A stretch of DNA of 64,000 bases, taken from the human T2T-CHM13v2.0 reference genome, Homo sapiens. Position 1 is the stretch's first letter. Each line of letters opens with the position of its first letter. The DNA is taken from assembly GCF_009914755.1 (NCBI RefSeq), contig NC_060939.1, one strand, 5' to 3'. Made by a program: the position numbers and the translations under genes. The notes below the pieces were generated by a model, which searched no databases, had not been told where the DNA came from, and saw only the letters and a list, made by a program, of their open reading frames with translations. Of this stretch, positions 47,065 through 64,000 are shown in pieces.

Positions 47065-50000
47065 TAAAGGGCACACACTGTGCTTGCTGCCTGAGACTGG
47101 CCAAGGGGTCTCTTAGTTTTGTCTGTTACTTAAATTATCAACTCCACCTAACTACAGGAAACACAGAAATGGTGTGTTGCAGTCCGGACACTGTGAGCAG
47201 CATGAAATTCTATCTCGGTGTCTAGGAAATGGGGTAGGGAAGGGCCAGTCCAGGGCACAGGTAAGAATAGACTTTTGCCTCTGAGCTCTCCCACCTTTCT
47301 CTTTCTCCTTATGAGTTGCTCTTTACCCTAGGATTTCCAGACACTCATGCTATTCTTTAGTCCTAAAAATTCCTCCTCAAAGTCTTGCTTTTCTCAAAAT
47401 GCCTTATGCCCCATAGTTACCATGTGAGCTTCCTCCCACGTCCTTGGTCCCGCTTCCCTCCTGTGGGCAGCTTAGTCAGTGTGCCCTTCCCTCCACACGC
47501 CCAGAGGGCTGGCTCCTGCAGGCAGCACCTTTGCAATGGCCTCCAAAACAGACTTGAGACAAGCGCATAAAAGGGAGGAGGAAGCAGCGCTCCTGTAGGT
47601 CTCCTGGCTCTTGCTCCAGCAGGATGGCACAGGAAGACACATGAGGTCTTTTTTCTTAACTCAGATGTTCAGATCAGAACTCTTGTCTGGAGCCAATGAG
47701 CTGAGCCCCTGGGGAGCCAGGACTGATCCTGGTTTTAAGGCAGTTAATGTTCCCTATTCTTGCCTCCAGGTGTTTTTGAAATCCTCCCTACCCAGATAGG
47801 CACAAAAATAGATTATGTGTCTGGCTGCAAAGAAAAGCTATGCACATTCCTAAAAGCAAAAATGATACAAGCCATATTTCCTTCCATAAAACAAATAAAC
47901 TAAAAATAAAGAATGAAAGGATAGCAAAAAAGAAAATAATTTATCAATAGATGCAGTTTTCAACAGATTACATAGAAATAGCAACAGAGAGAATCAGTGA
48001 GGTAGACATTAGCACTGAGAAATCACTCAGATTACAGCAGATATATAAAAAATGGCAACTGGGAATGATCATTTAGGAGGAATTAATGATAGAATGCACA
48101 ATCTGTAAGAGTTCTAGGAGAGAAAGAATGGAGAGGAGGTATTTGGAGCTAACAGCTGAAAATTTTCCATAATTGAAAAATGTAATCAAATCAAAGAAAA
48201 AACAACCTAAAGAAAGTAGAAGCAATATAATAAGATTTAAACAAAATGATTTAGCAGCTAAAATTCACAGATTTCATCACTAAAATAAAAAGACAGTTCT
48301 TTGCAATGAAAAGAGCATTTAAAAATATTTTGTAATATAATATAAATACAAATATAATTTTAAAAGCAAGCTGGTATAAATATATAAATATATTTAAAAT
48401 ATAAGATATTAAATTAATATATTTCAATGTCTAGATTAAATGGACAGTTTTTGAGAACACTATAAATTATCATTTTTAACTTAATAAGAAACAAAATTCA
48501 AACAGTCAAAAGCATCTAAACCAAATTTAAAAGATAATAAAAAGAAAAAAATCTATCCATAATAATGAAACCAAGTTCAGGGATTTTCTTGAGTTAATAA
48601 ATTTTATGAAACTTTAGCTCATAGATTAGATTATCCCTGTGTGATACAGACTTTGCTGTAGCATCAAACAATATGGGAAGGCTGCTACCTTATTCTGTGA
48701 GGCTAGTATAAAACTAACACCACAACTAGACAAAGCTGACACAAAACTAAATGAGATCAGCCAATCTCACTAACACAGAGAGCTGCAGAAATTAAACCCC
48801 AAAAAATCTTAGCGAATTTCACAGAATAATGATTTTTAAAAATGTGTGTGTCTTGTAAAATCAAGACTTAGATATGCAAACATGATTCAATAGTTTCAAA
48901 ATCTATTAATTCAATTCTGTATGTCTTCAGATTAAAAGAGGAAAACAAGATCATCTCAATCAATATCAAGAAAGCATTTGCTAAAACCAACATCCTGATT
49001 ACATTTCTGATAAAAATGTAAACAAAGCAAAACAGTGAAGTTAGAAATAAAAGAAAACTTTCTTAATTTTGTATAAGAGAGATCTAGAAAACTGGAGCAA
49101 ACATAATAGCTAATGGCAAAATATCATAAATATTCATGTTAAAATTATACACAAGAAAAGGACACCTACTAGCACCACTTTTATGCAAACAGTGAATAAG
49201 AAATCTTAGCAGTAAATACAGAAACATTGTACAGACAGCATGAAGAAAAGACAAAACTGCCATTTTAAAAAGTTTTATCTGATAATCTACCCCAAAATTT
49301 CACAGAATTAACTGATAAACTATATTAACTAGTAAGGTGGTCTGATATAAAATAAACATTTAAAAATACTTACTAACAATAACCAATTAGAAAACATGAT
49401 AGAAAGAAACAAATGCCATTACCAATTGTTTAAATGCACACAAAACCCCAAAGAAGAACTTTTATTATCTAAATGGAACCTCTTCTAGCATTACAGAGAC
49501 CCCAATATCTAACAACTCCCTTAGCAACGTGACGTTCCAGGTGGTTCCAGGCAGGTGTGGAGGCTCTGGGTGCACAGGTGAGCAGCGACTCTGCCATCTT
49601 TTATACCCTGCTTCCAAGGCTATCATGGAGTTGCAATCCTGGTTAGCCAGAGAGGAGGAAAGCATGGAAGAGTGTGTATGTAAGGTTGTTATGGGGTGGC
49701 CTGGAAGTGGCATTCATGTATTTCAGGGCTCATCTGTGGCATCACACCTTCTTAAGGTCACTGGTTTGATACTGATTAGGGTAGAATCAGCTGTAGTAAC
49801 AGACTCAAACGTGTAACAACTCCATCCAAGAGCAGTTCATGTTTCACTCATCCAAAAGCCCAGGGCAGCAGTCCAGAGGGGGAGGTTGGGACTCTGCTCC
49901 ACTGCATCATTCAGGGACACAGGGGTTCTGTCACCTTCCACAGGTTTCTCCCAAGATCACCCTGGGAGTTGTCATCCAAGGCAGGAAGGAAAGAGAGCTT

Positions 50001-50354
50001 AGAGAAAGTGTGGGATGGTTTTAAGGTCCTGGCTTGGAAGTAACATCCATCACTTCTGCTCAAATTCCACTAACTACAACCTCAGTCATATGACCCCAAC
50101 TAATTGCAAGGGAAGCTGGGAAGGGAATCTAACTGCTTGCACAAAGAAAAGGGTTGATTAAATTTTGAAGAGTTGCCAGCAAATTCTACCATAAACCTGA
50201 CAAAGAGTATACAAGTCTGATGTGAATAAAATTGTAAACTTTGTTGAAGAATGTTAAAAAAAAAAAAATAAGAGGAGACATACCCTATACCTACACTGAA
50301 AGATACAGTCATGGAAAATGTAAATTATCTCCAGGTTAATCTATACATCTCATG

Positions 50355-51590
50355 AAAAACTGGATCCCTTCCTTACCCCTTATACAAAAATTAATTCAAG
50401 ATGGATTAAAGACTTAAATGTCAGACCTAAAACCATAAAAACCCTAGAAGAAAACCTAGGCAATACCATTCAGGACATAGGCATGGGCAAGGACTTCATG
50501 TCTAAAACACCAAAAGCAATGGCAACAAAAGCCAAAATTGACAAATGGGATCTAATTAAACTAAAGAGCTTCTGCACAGCGAAAGAAAGTACCGTCAGAG
50601 CGAATACGCAACCTACAGAATGGGAGAAAATTTTTGCAATCTCCTCATCTGACAAAGGGCTAATATCCAGAATCTACAATGAACTCCAACAAATTTACAA
50701 AAAAAAACAAACAAACCACCCCATCAAAAAGTGGGCAAAGGATATGAACAGACACTTCTCAAAAGAAGACATTTATGCAGCCAAAAGACACATGAAAAAA
50801 TGCTCACCATCACTGGCCATCAGAGAAATGCAAATCAAAACCACAATGAGGTACCATCTCACACCAGTTAGAATGGCGATCATTAAAAAGTCAGGAAACA
50901 ACAGGTGCTGGAGAGGCTGTGGAGAAATAGGAACACTTTTACACTGTTGGTGGGACTGTAAACCAGTTCAGCCATTGTGGAAGTCAGTGTGGCGATTCCT
51001 CAGAGATCTAGAACTAGAAATACCATTTGACCCAGCCATCCCATTACTGGGTATATACCCAAGGGATTATAAATCATGCTGCTATAAAGACACATGCACA
51101 CATATGTTTATTGCAGCACTATTCACAATAGCAAAGACTTGGAACCAATCCAAATGTCCAACAATGATAGACTGGATTAAGAAAATGTGGCACATATACA
51201 CCAGGAAATACTACGCAGCCATAAAAAATGATGATTTCATGTCCTTTGTAGGGACATGGATGAAGCTGGAAACTATCATTCTCAGCAAACTATTACAAGG
51301 ACAAAAAACCAAACACCACATGTTCTCACTCACAGGTGGGAATTGAACAATGAGAACACATGGACACAGGAAGGGGAACATCACACACCGGGGCCTGTTG
51401 TGGGGTAGGGGTAGGGGGGAGGGATAGCATTTGGAGGTATACCTAATGTTAAATGACGAGTTACTGGGTGCAGCACACCAACATGGCACATGTATACATG
51501 TGTAACTAACCTGCACATTGTGCACATGTACCCTAAAACGTAAAGTATAATAAAAAATAAAAATAATAATAAACCCCCCCAAAAAAAGAA
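50355..51590 (+). mobile_element. 5'-truncated L1PA4/5-type LINE-1 (ORF2 C-terminus open to 51346)
   Basis: MGKDFMSK...[18 protein letters not shown]...GGN*, 3' UTR gttaaatgacgagtta...caccaacatgg and an A-rich tail. Confidence 0.93.
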
Positions 51591-51654
51591 AATTTTCAAT
51601 TTAACTGAAAGTTTTATGAACTTGATAAAAGGTTTTTAAAATTCATATGGCAGA

Positions 51655-52388
51655 TGTTTTAGTCAGTTTTGTGCTGCTATAACTGAATATCTGAGACTAG
51701 GTAATTAATGCAGAACAGAAATTTATCTCTGACCGTTCTACAGCCTAAGTCCAACTGAGGTGCTGGCTGGCTTAACTATCGGGTAACGGCTATTCTCTGC
51801 TTCCAAGGTGGTGCCTTGGATGCTGCATCTTCCAGAAGGGACAAATGCTGTGTCCTCACATAGCAGAAGAAAAGTGTATTATTAGTCCGTTTTCATGCTG
51901 CTGACAAAGGCATATCCGAGACTGGGCAATTTACAAAAGAAAGGGGGTTATTCGACTTACAGTTTCACATGGCTGGGGAGGCCTCACAATTACAGCAGAA
52001 AGTGAAATGCATGTCTCACATGGCAGCAGACAAGAGAAGAGAGCTTTTGCAGGGAGACTCCCATTTTTAAAACCATCAGATCTCGTGAGACTTATTCACT
52101 ATCACGAGAACAGCACGGAAAAGATCTGCCTCCATGAGTCAATTACCTCCACCGGTTCCCTTTCACAATATATGGGAATTCGAGATGAGATTCAGGTGGG
52201 GACACAGCCAAACCATATCAGGAAGGAAGGGTGAAATGGGGCCAGACTTTCTCCTTCAAGCCCTTTTATAATGATATCAATTTGAAGAAACCTAAACATC
52301 TCTCAAAATGCCCCATGTCCCAACACTGTTGTATTGGGCATTACGTTTACAACATATGAATTTTGGGGGACATATTCAGACCACAGCA
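51655..52388. mobile_element. MST/MLT1A-type LTR with nested THE1 LTR (~51876-52220)
   Basis: Outer LTR tgttttagtcagtt...gggacatattcagaccacagca; inner LTR attagtccgttttcatgctgctga...gggacacagccaaaccatatca. Confidence 0.75.
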
Positions 52389-52444
52389 GTGGAGAATGTC
52401 TAATTCATTTTTACAAAGAGAACGATAAGATGGCAAATTTACTT

Positions 52445-53256
52445 GTATTTCATTCCATTTTGTGTTCCCATAAAGGAATACCTAGGGCTGGGTAATTTAT
52501 AAAGAAAAGCAGTTTCTTTGGCTCATGGTTCTGTAGGCTGTACAAGAAGCATGGTGTCAGCATTTGCTTCTGGTGAGGGCTTCAGGCTGCTTCCACCACC
52601 AGTGGAAGGTGAAGGGGAGCAGGTTTATGTTGTGGTGAGAGAGAGAGCGAGAGAGGGTGAGAGAGAGAGCGAGAGAGAGGGTGAGAGAGGGTGAGAGAGA
52701 GGGCGAGAGAGCGAGAGAGAGAGCGAGAGAGAGGGTGAGAGAGAGAGCGAGAGAGAGGGCGAGAGAGAGGGTGAGAGAGGGTGAGAGAGAGGGCGAGAGA
52801 GCGAGAGAGAGAGCGAGAGAGAGGGTGAGAGAGAGAGCGAGAGAGAGGGCGAGAGAGAGAGCGAGAGGGAGGGTGAGAGAGAGGGTGAGAGAGAGAGTGA
52901 GAGAGGGTGAGAGAGAGGGTGAGAGAGGGTGAGAGAGAGGGTGAGAGAGGGTGAGAGAGAGGGTGAGAGAGGGTGAGAGAGAGGGTGAGAGAGGGTGAGA
53001 GAGAGAGCGAGAGAGAGGGTGAGAGAGAGGGCGAGAGAGAGGGTGAGAGAGGGAAGGGGAGCTCAGGCTCTTTTAATCAACCAACTCTCTCATGAACTAT
53101 TAGAAAAAGATCTCACTCACTGCCAAGCAGATATCACCAAGCCATTTACGAGGGATCTGCCCTCGTGACCCAAGCACCTTCCACTAGCCTCCACCTCCAA
53201 CGCTGGAGATCAAATTCAGCGTGAGATCTGGAGGGGACAAATATCCAACTATACCA
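52445..53256. mobile_element. MSTB-type MaLR LTR containing a GA-rich repeat expansion
   Basis: ataaaggaatacctagggctgggtaatttataaagaaaag...gggacaaatatccaactatacca. Confidence 0.78.
52635..53060 (+). repeat. GA-rich compound tandem repeat ((GA)n broken by GGGT/GC)
   Basis: ~420 bp, directly visible. Confidence 0.95.
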
Positions 53257-55744
53257 GCTTTTTCTTATCACTATTGATCTGTTGTATTTAAAACATTGTA
53301 GTATTGTACCAAAGTAGAAAAATAAAACAGATAAACAGGCTCGAGGTTTTAGAAATATACCCTTAATATTACTCATCCTTAAAAAAGGAAGGAAATCCTG
53401 TCACGTGCTACAACATGGATGAATCTTGAAGCCACTAGGCTAAGTGAAAGAGCTGGTCATAAAAAGAATGCTGCATGATTTTACTTATATGAGATACATA
53501 GAGTAGTCAAATTCATGGAGACAGAAAGTACACTGGCAGTTTCCAGGCTTTCCAGGATTTTCACCCTTTTGAGGGTGAAATGATGAGTTATTTTTTAATG
53601 GGTACATGTTCAGTTTTGCAAATTAAAGAATTTCTAGAGATAGATGGTGGTCACGATTGCACAACAATGTGAATGTACTTAATACTACTAAACGGTACAT
53701 TAAAAACAATTAAGATGTAAATTTTATGTGTTTTTGCTATAAAATTTTTAAAACTCTTTAAAAATTAATATACTCTTCTGTTAATGAGATAGTAGCTTAT
53801 GACAAAGATAATGGTGTTTAAAGTCAATAGTAAATGAATAGCTCATTCAATAAATAATTTGGAGATAATTAGATATCTATAGGAAAAATTTTTTCTTACA
53901 TTATAAAAAATGTTCAGATATAAAATGGTACTGTAAACTTATTAGGAGAAAACATTATAGAGTGTTTTCATAATAGTGCAATGGTATAAATGCCAGATAA
54001 AAGTTAAGATTGTAAATTTAGTAAAAGAAAATATACGGAGTGGTTTCATTATATTGAAGTGAAGTACAAGTATTTCTAGGCAATGTGCAAAAATCAAAAG
54101 TCCTACATAAATCTAATGAAACGTTTGTCTTCATAAAAACCTAAAATCTTCTTTAGTGAAAAAGCAAAATACTGTAAAGTCAATGGGCAAGTGGTAGATT
54201 GGTAGATAATATTTGTAACATATTTAATCAATACGGATGAATATCAAGAATATATAAAGAGATCCTAAAATTGATAAGAAAGAAAAACATTTTAATAGAA
54301 AAATTTAGACCATGAACATACTCTCTCGGAAGAGTCAAACATAGTAAGCATATGAAAATGTGTTAAACTTACTCAAAAATCAAGAAATAGTATGTTACAA
54401 CCATGAGACTTTTTCCTCATCTATTAGGCTGGGATTAATTTAGAAGAGGCAGGGTAATCAATGTTCTCATTCATCATTGGTGGGAGTGCAAATGTGTAGC
54501 CTTTCAGAAAAAGTGGCAGTAATTCTCAAAATTTAAATATGTACATATTTTGATTCATAAACTTTACAGCAGGAATCTATCTTAAATATGATGCCCAAGT
54601 GTGAAAAGGCATATATACATAAAAATGTTCATTTCAGCATTGTTGATTTAAGGAGAGATTGGGAAGTTAGATATTCATCGACAGGGGAATGAATAAATAA
54701 GTTTTGCTATAACCATACTGCAGAATACTCTGCAGCCATTAAAAAGAATAAGTTTGGCTTATAGGTACTAACCTTGGAGGATCCCTAAGACATGCAGTTT
54801 AACAAAACAATGCATATAGAACGATCAATTGTGTAATTGTATAGTAACGTAATGGAAAAGATTCATGCTGTATTGGTTGGGTATGGCCACAATTCTGTTG
54901 TGTAACAAACTCACTGGTCTTGAGGAAAATAACTTACTCGTATGAATCTCTGGGTCATGGAGCAGCTCTACCCTGACACTGAAGCAGTGCTCTGGTCTGC
55001 TGCACCTGATTCTCAACCTCCTGAGTCAGCAGGCTGGCCAGGATATGTACTTCTCACAGCGGTGGCAGAGGCGCAAGGGCCTGGACAGAAACATTTCAGA
55101 CCTCTTAAAGTCTTGAAAGGAAGAAAGAAATATTTTTCCATTGCATTTAAGCAGTAGTGCATTTTAGCTAATTTCTACAATTACCATTGATGTAGTAGAT
55201 GGAGAAATCTATTAAGTCCTTAAATTCTAATAACCTTGATGCCACAAGCCACATTAACAATATTAAGATTACTCCTTTGAAATGAACAAGTTAACCAGCT
55301 TTGCCCTTGTAGAGCTCACAAAGACCACAGATTTTATCCAGCCAATACCACTCAGTCAAAGCATTGGAGTTTTAAACGTAGACAGGTTCCCAACACAGCC
55401 ACAGTCCAGCAGGTGAGGGGTTTGCTGGCTCTCTGGGACACTTCCAGGACAGATGTGTACTGTCCTACAAAACAGCTCATGCAATTCAAAGAAATCGAGA
55501 TGGAGCTGATGTCAAAAGCACACTAAGTACTTAATAATGAGTTTGTATGGTTGTATAGTTAATAATTACTGTTAGGAAATCTACAATGGCTAAAATACAC
55601 CCTTACATTTATCCAGTAAGTAGGGTTTAGATACCTATCTTTTTGAAGTCTAAAAATAAGTATGAACGCTAATATCATTTGGGCTCCTTCTTCAAAGCTG
55701 TTTCCCCTTGACTCTTTTATGAGTAAAAAAATATGCATAAAGTA

Positions 55745-58960
<3,216 letters not shown>

Positions 58961-58966
58961 CAATTT

Positions 58967-59722
<756 letters not shown>

Positions 59723-59954
59723 AAATGGACAATAATAGCAACCTCACAAAGGCAGGACTGCTAAGGACTCACACCCTTTGGGAATTAAGGTTTGGGTCAC
59801 CCGACAAGAAAAAGGATCCCCAACTAGTTGAGTTAAATATTAGCTACGATACTGTGGCCAGAAATGAAGACTGTAGCAGCTGTCCATATTTTCTTCTTAT
59901 AAATATGTGTGTGCACACATGTGTGCATATATGTGCAAGTGTGGGCATGCATGT

Positions 59955-61205
<1,251 letters not shown>

Positions 61206-62164
61206 ATATCCATTTAAACTTTTCAAATAGATGGTTTGCAAATGTTTGGCATGGGAAAATGCAGGCATATTTCATGAGTAGTTGTCAGAAATTAGGATCA
61301 ATTTTACGAGGTGACTATCCAACAGGGACCAAGGAAGGAATCTCTGCCATTTTCATAGAGCCACTGATTGGCCCACTCATTGAAAATGCTGAGCAAGACC
61401 TCACCCTCACTCGCCCGGTCCTGAACCAGCCTGGCAGAGTTCTTGTCCCACTCAGAGATAGCGTTCTACATCCTATCTGAGTGACAGGATCAGCCCTGCC
61501 CTTATCAGCCCTCCGTAGATTCCATAATGAGGCTCCTACGAGTCTCTCTCATCTTCTCATTATCTCAACTACGATCCCTCTCCCTTTTATAGCACAAACT
61601 CCTCCAGTCCTGTGACATCTGTGATCATCAGGAACTTTTATTTTACCCATGGCTTTTTCCTCCTACACTGCTTCCCTCCACTTATCCAGAAACCCATCAA
61701 TCTCTAAATGCTCTGCTCATGTATAATATCTTCCCTAAACTTCTGCACATCTCTAACCCATTAATATCACATAGTTTATGCTTAGTTCCTCCCCATTCAT
61801 TTTATGAGATTTTGTTTAGCCCTAAAGATTTTTTCCATCTGGCTTGAAATTCTTACTTCTTTTTTTTAAATTTTTTGCCAAATTCAATCTTTAAAATAGG
61901 GGAACGATCCTCTTTCCTTCAAGAGATTTTGATGTCAGAAAGCACTGACTCACGCAAAGGTCCACATTTTCAGATTCACTGGCAAGCTGGTTGGTGAGGA
62001 CAAGCTTTTGACTGAATCAAAGCTCAGTGGTTTTAAAGTGGAGTTGGGCAGAGCCTAGGCTTTTTGTGAGGGTGCTTAGGTGTCACTATGAAGGCCAGAC
62101 GAGGGAGAGGGTGAGTGTGAGTTGAGTGAGTGAGACCGGAGCTTCAGCCAAAACAGCTATACTT

Positions 62165-62333
62165 TTGTCTATGTATATGCATATGTCTATATGTGTATAT
62201 GTATGTATGTGTATGTGTACATGTATATGATATGCGTGGATACATGCTCATGTATATGCACTTGTGCATGTATTTGCATATGTATTTGTATATGCATTTG
62301 TATGTGTATGTGTATATGCATGTATATTTATAT
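62165..62333. repeat. (TATG/TGTA)-type low-complexity repeat
   Basis: Alternating purine-pyrimidine tract, directly visible. Confidence 0.85.
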
Positions 62334-63597
62334 TAAATAGTGGGTAACTTTTCATTTCCCAGCAGGTTCAGATGCTTTAGAAACATAGTTTGAGATTCAC
62401 TGCTTTAGGACCACATACTCATGATGAAAGACAAAAACGAAAAATAAACAGAGTCAGGGAGATTAAATCTATAACCAAAGACAACATGAGTATTTAATGT
62501 CAGCTACTCAAGCTCCAGTTTCCCCCTTCTGGTGAAAGGCTTGTTCCCTGGGGTCTTCTCTCTCAAAGGTCAGCGGCAGGAACTCCTTGGGGACTGGATG
62601 AGTAACTGGCATCTTTCAGTCCTGGGGTTGGGCTGTGCCTGTGGCTCTGAAACTCAGAAACTCCTCAGCCTGTGACCTCATGGGCTGGATCTGGCCCTGG
62701 CTCTGCCACTCAGACTCCGTGACATCTCCTCAATCCCTTCCCGCTGCAGCAGAGTGGCTACTGTGCTGCTCTCCAGCCAGCCTGGGGACTACCGTCTCTT
62801 AGGGCTTCACTCTAGGACGCACCTTTTATTCTCTGGATAGTTTTTATGACTTTGTTTGTTATTTACAGGCCAAGTTCAGTGGCCCCTGTAAACACAGTCA
62901 CAATCTGCAACCGTGCTCTTAATTATGATCTTATTAAGAAATAGATTCCCACACAACTGGCACAAGGATGCCAGAAGCCAATATTTCTAATTCATAAATG
63001 TTTAGACTTATTTTCTCTCACCAAAATGTGCCTCTGAAAGCCTCAAGAGAAGAGGAAATAAAGAAATAAAAGTGAAAAAAGCAACCAGCAATAAGGATGA
63101 TTCTGTTACTTCAACTATGCCTAAGACAGCCTGACCTTTAGCTGGAAATGGCCAGTCCCTTCTGGACTGTTAGGCAGAGAACTAAAAGTCAGGGGCTTCA
63201 TGAAGAGGGTGGAGATGAAGTGAGGCTCGCCAAGGCCTGCCTGCCGTCCCATCGCTCTGAGGTGATGGGAGGTTCTATCCTGTTTCAGAAATTAGCACAC
63301 TGAGCCTTTGCAACCCTGTAGGTCTCTCCTAGATTGCAGCCTGTCAGATGGTGTCCCTCAAGTGGCCCTACCTTCTTAATGTGAAGAGCAGCACTCAGGC
63401 AATATGACTTCCTCCAGCTTCAAAGGCAAACAAAACTTCAAAGGCTGATGCAGCCTTTCTTTTTCTTTACAGCAGATCACTAACAGAGCCTTTTGTACAT
63501 TGCAAACATTTGTAAATATATATTAATATTTGTTCTAGTCCTGACCTGAACAGAACTTTTTGCATGATGAAATGCATAAACCTCATCCTAGAAATAA

Positions 63598-63942
<345 letters not shown>

Positions 63943-63947
63943 TAAAG

Positions 63948-64000
63948 TTTTTTTGTTTTGTTTTGTTTTTTTGAGACGGACTCTCGCTCTGTCACCCAGG
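63948..64000 (-). mobile_element. Alu 3' end cut by the window edge
   Basis: T tail then gagacggactctcgctctgtcacccagg. Confidence 0.85.

Larger units (their letters stand above)
47850..54830 (+). mobile_element. Ancient L1M (sense) with many nested insertions
   Basis: A-rich ORF2-like remnants (gatcatctcaatcaatatcaagaaagcatttg; gaatactctgcagccattaaaaagaat). Confidence 0.65.

Noticed and set aside
52657-52932. Arg/Glu-repeat ORF
   Set aside because: Translation of the GA-rich tandem repeat.

Overview
Primate (almost certainly human) genomic DNA from the 15q13 alpha-7 nicotinic acetylcholine receptor locus. The + strand carries exons 5-10 of CHRNA7 (80, 168, 195, 87, 110 nt and 519 coding nt; GT-AG introns; stop at 16785) and its 3' UTR. 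This block is shared by CHRNA7 and its human-specific partial duplicate CHRFAM7A. Exon 6 is the full 168 nt, so this is not the 2-bp-deletion allele, and an intact Alu target-site duplication in intron 4 weakly favours CHRNA7 itself. In the remaining ~45 kb I found no further intact host gene; it is repeat-dense. It holds a full-length L1PA3/PA4-age LINE-1 (15-bp TSD, open ORF0, retained ZNF93-target segment, 1073-codon EN+RT ORF2), a second truncated L1PA, old L1M fragments, about 18 Alus, MaLR/ERVL/ERV1 LTRs, a decayed ERVL pol, a MER44A-like DNA element, a Y3 RNA retropseudogene and several simple repeats. I found no convincing new gene system. The most interesting unexplained signals are a perfect 27-bp palindrome centred on an AP-1 site, shared non-consensus variants between the two L1s, fold-back nucleotides at the L1 5' junction, an L1 antisense promoter/ORF0 aimed at CHRNA7, inverted Alus bracketing exons 5-9, and a ~75-bp dispersed direct repeat. 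Repeat subfamily names are assigned from recalled consensus sequences, not from a search, and repeat boundaries are approximate.
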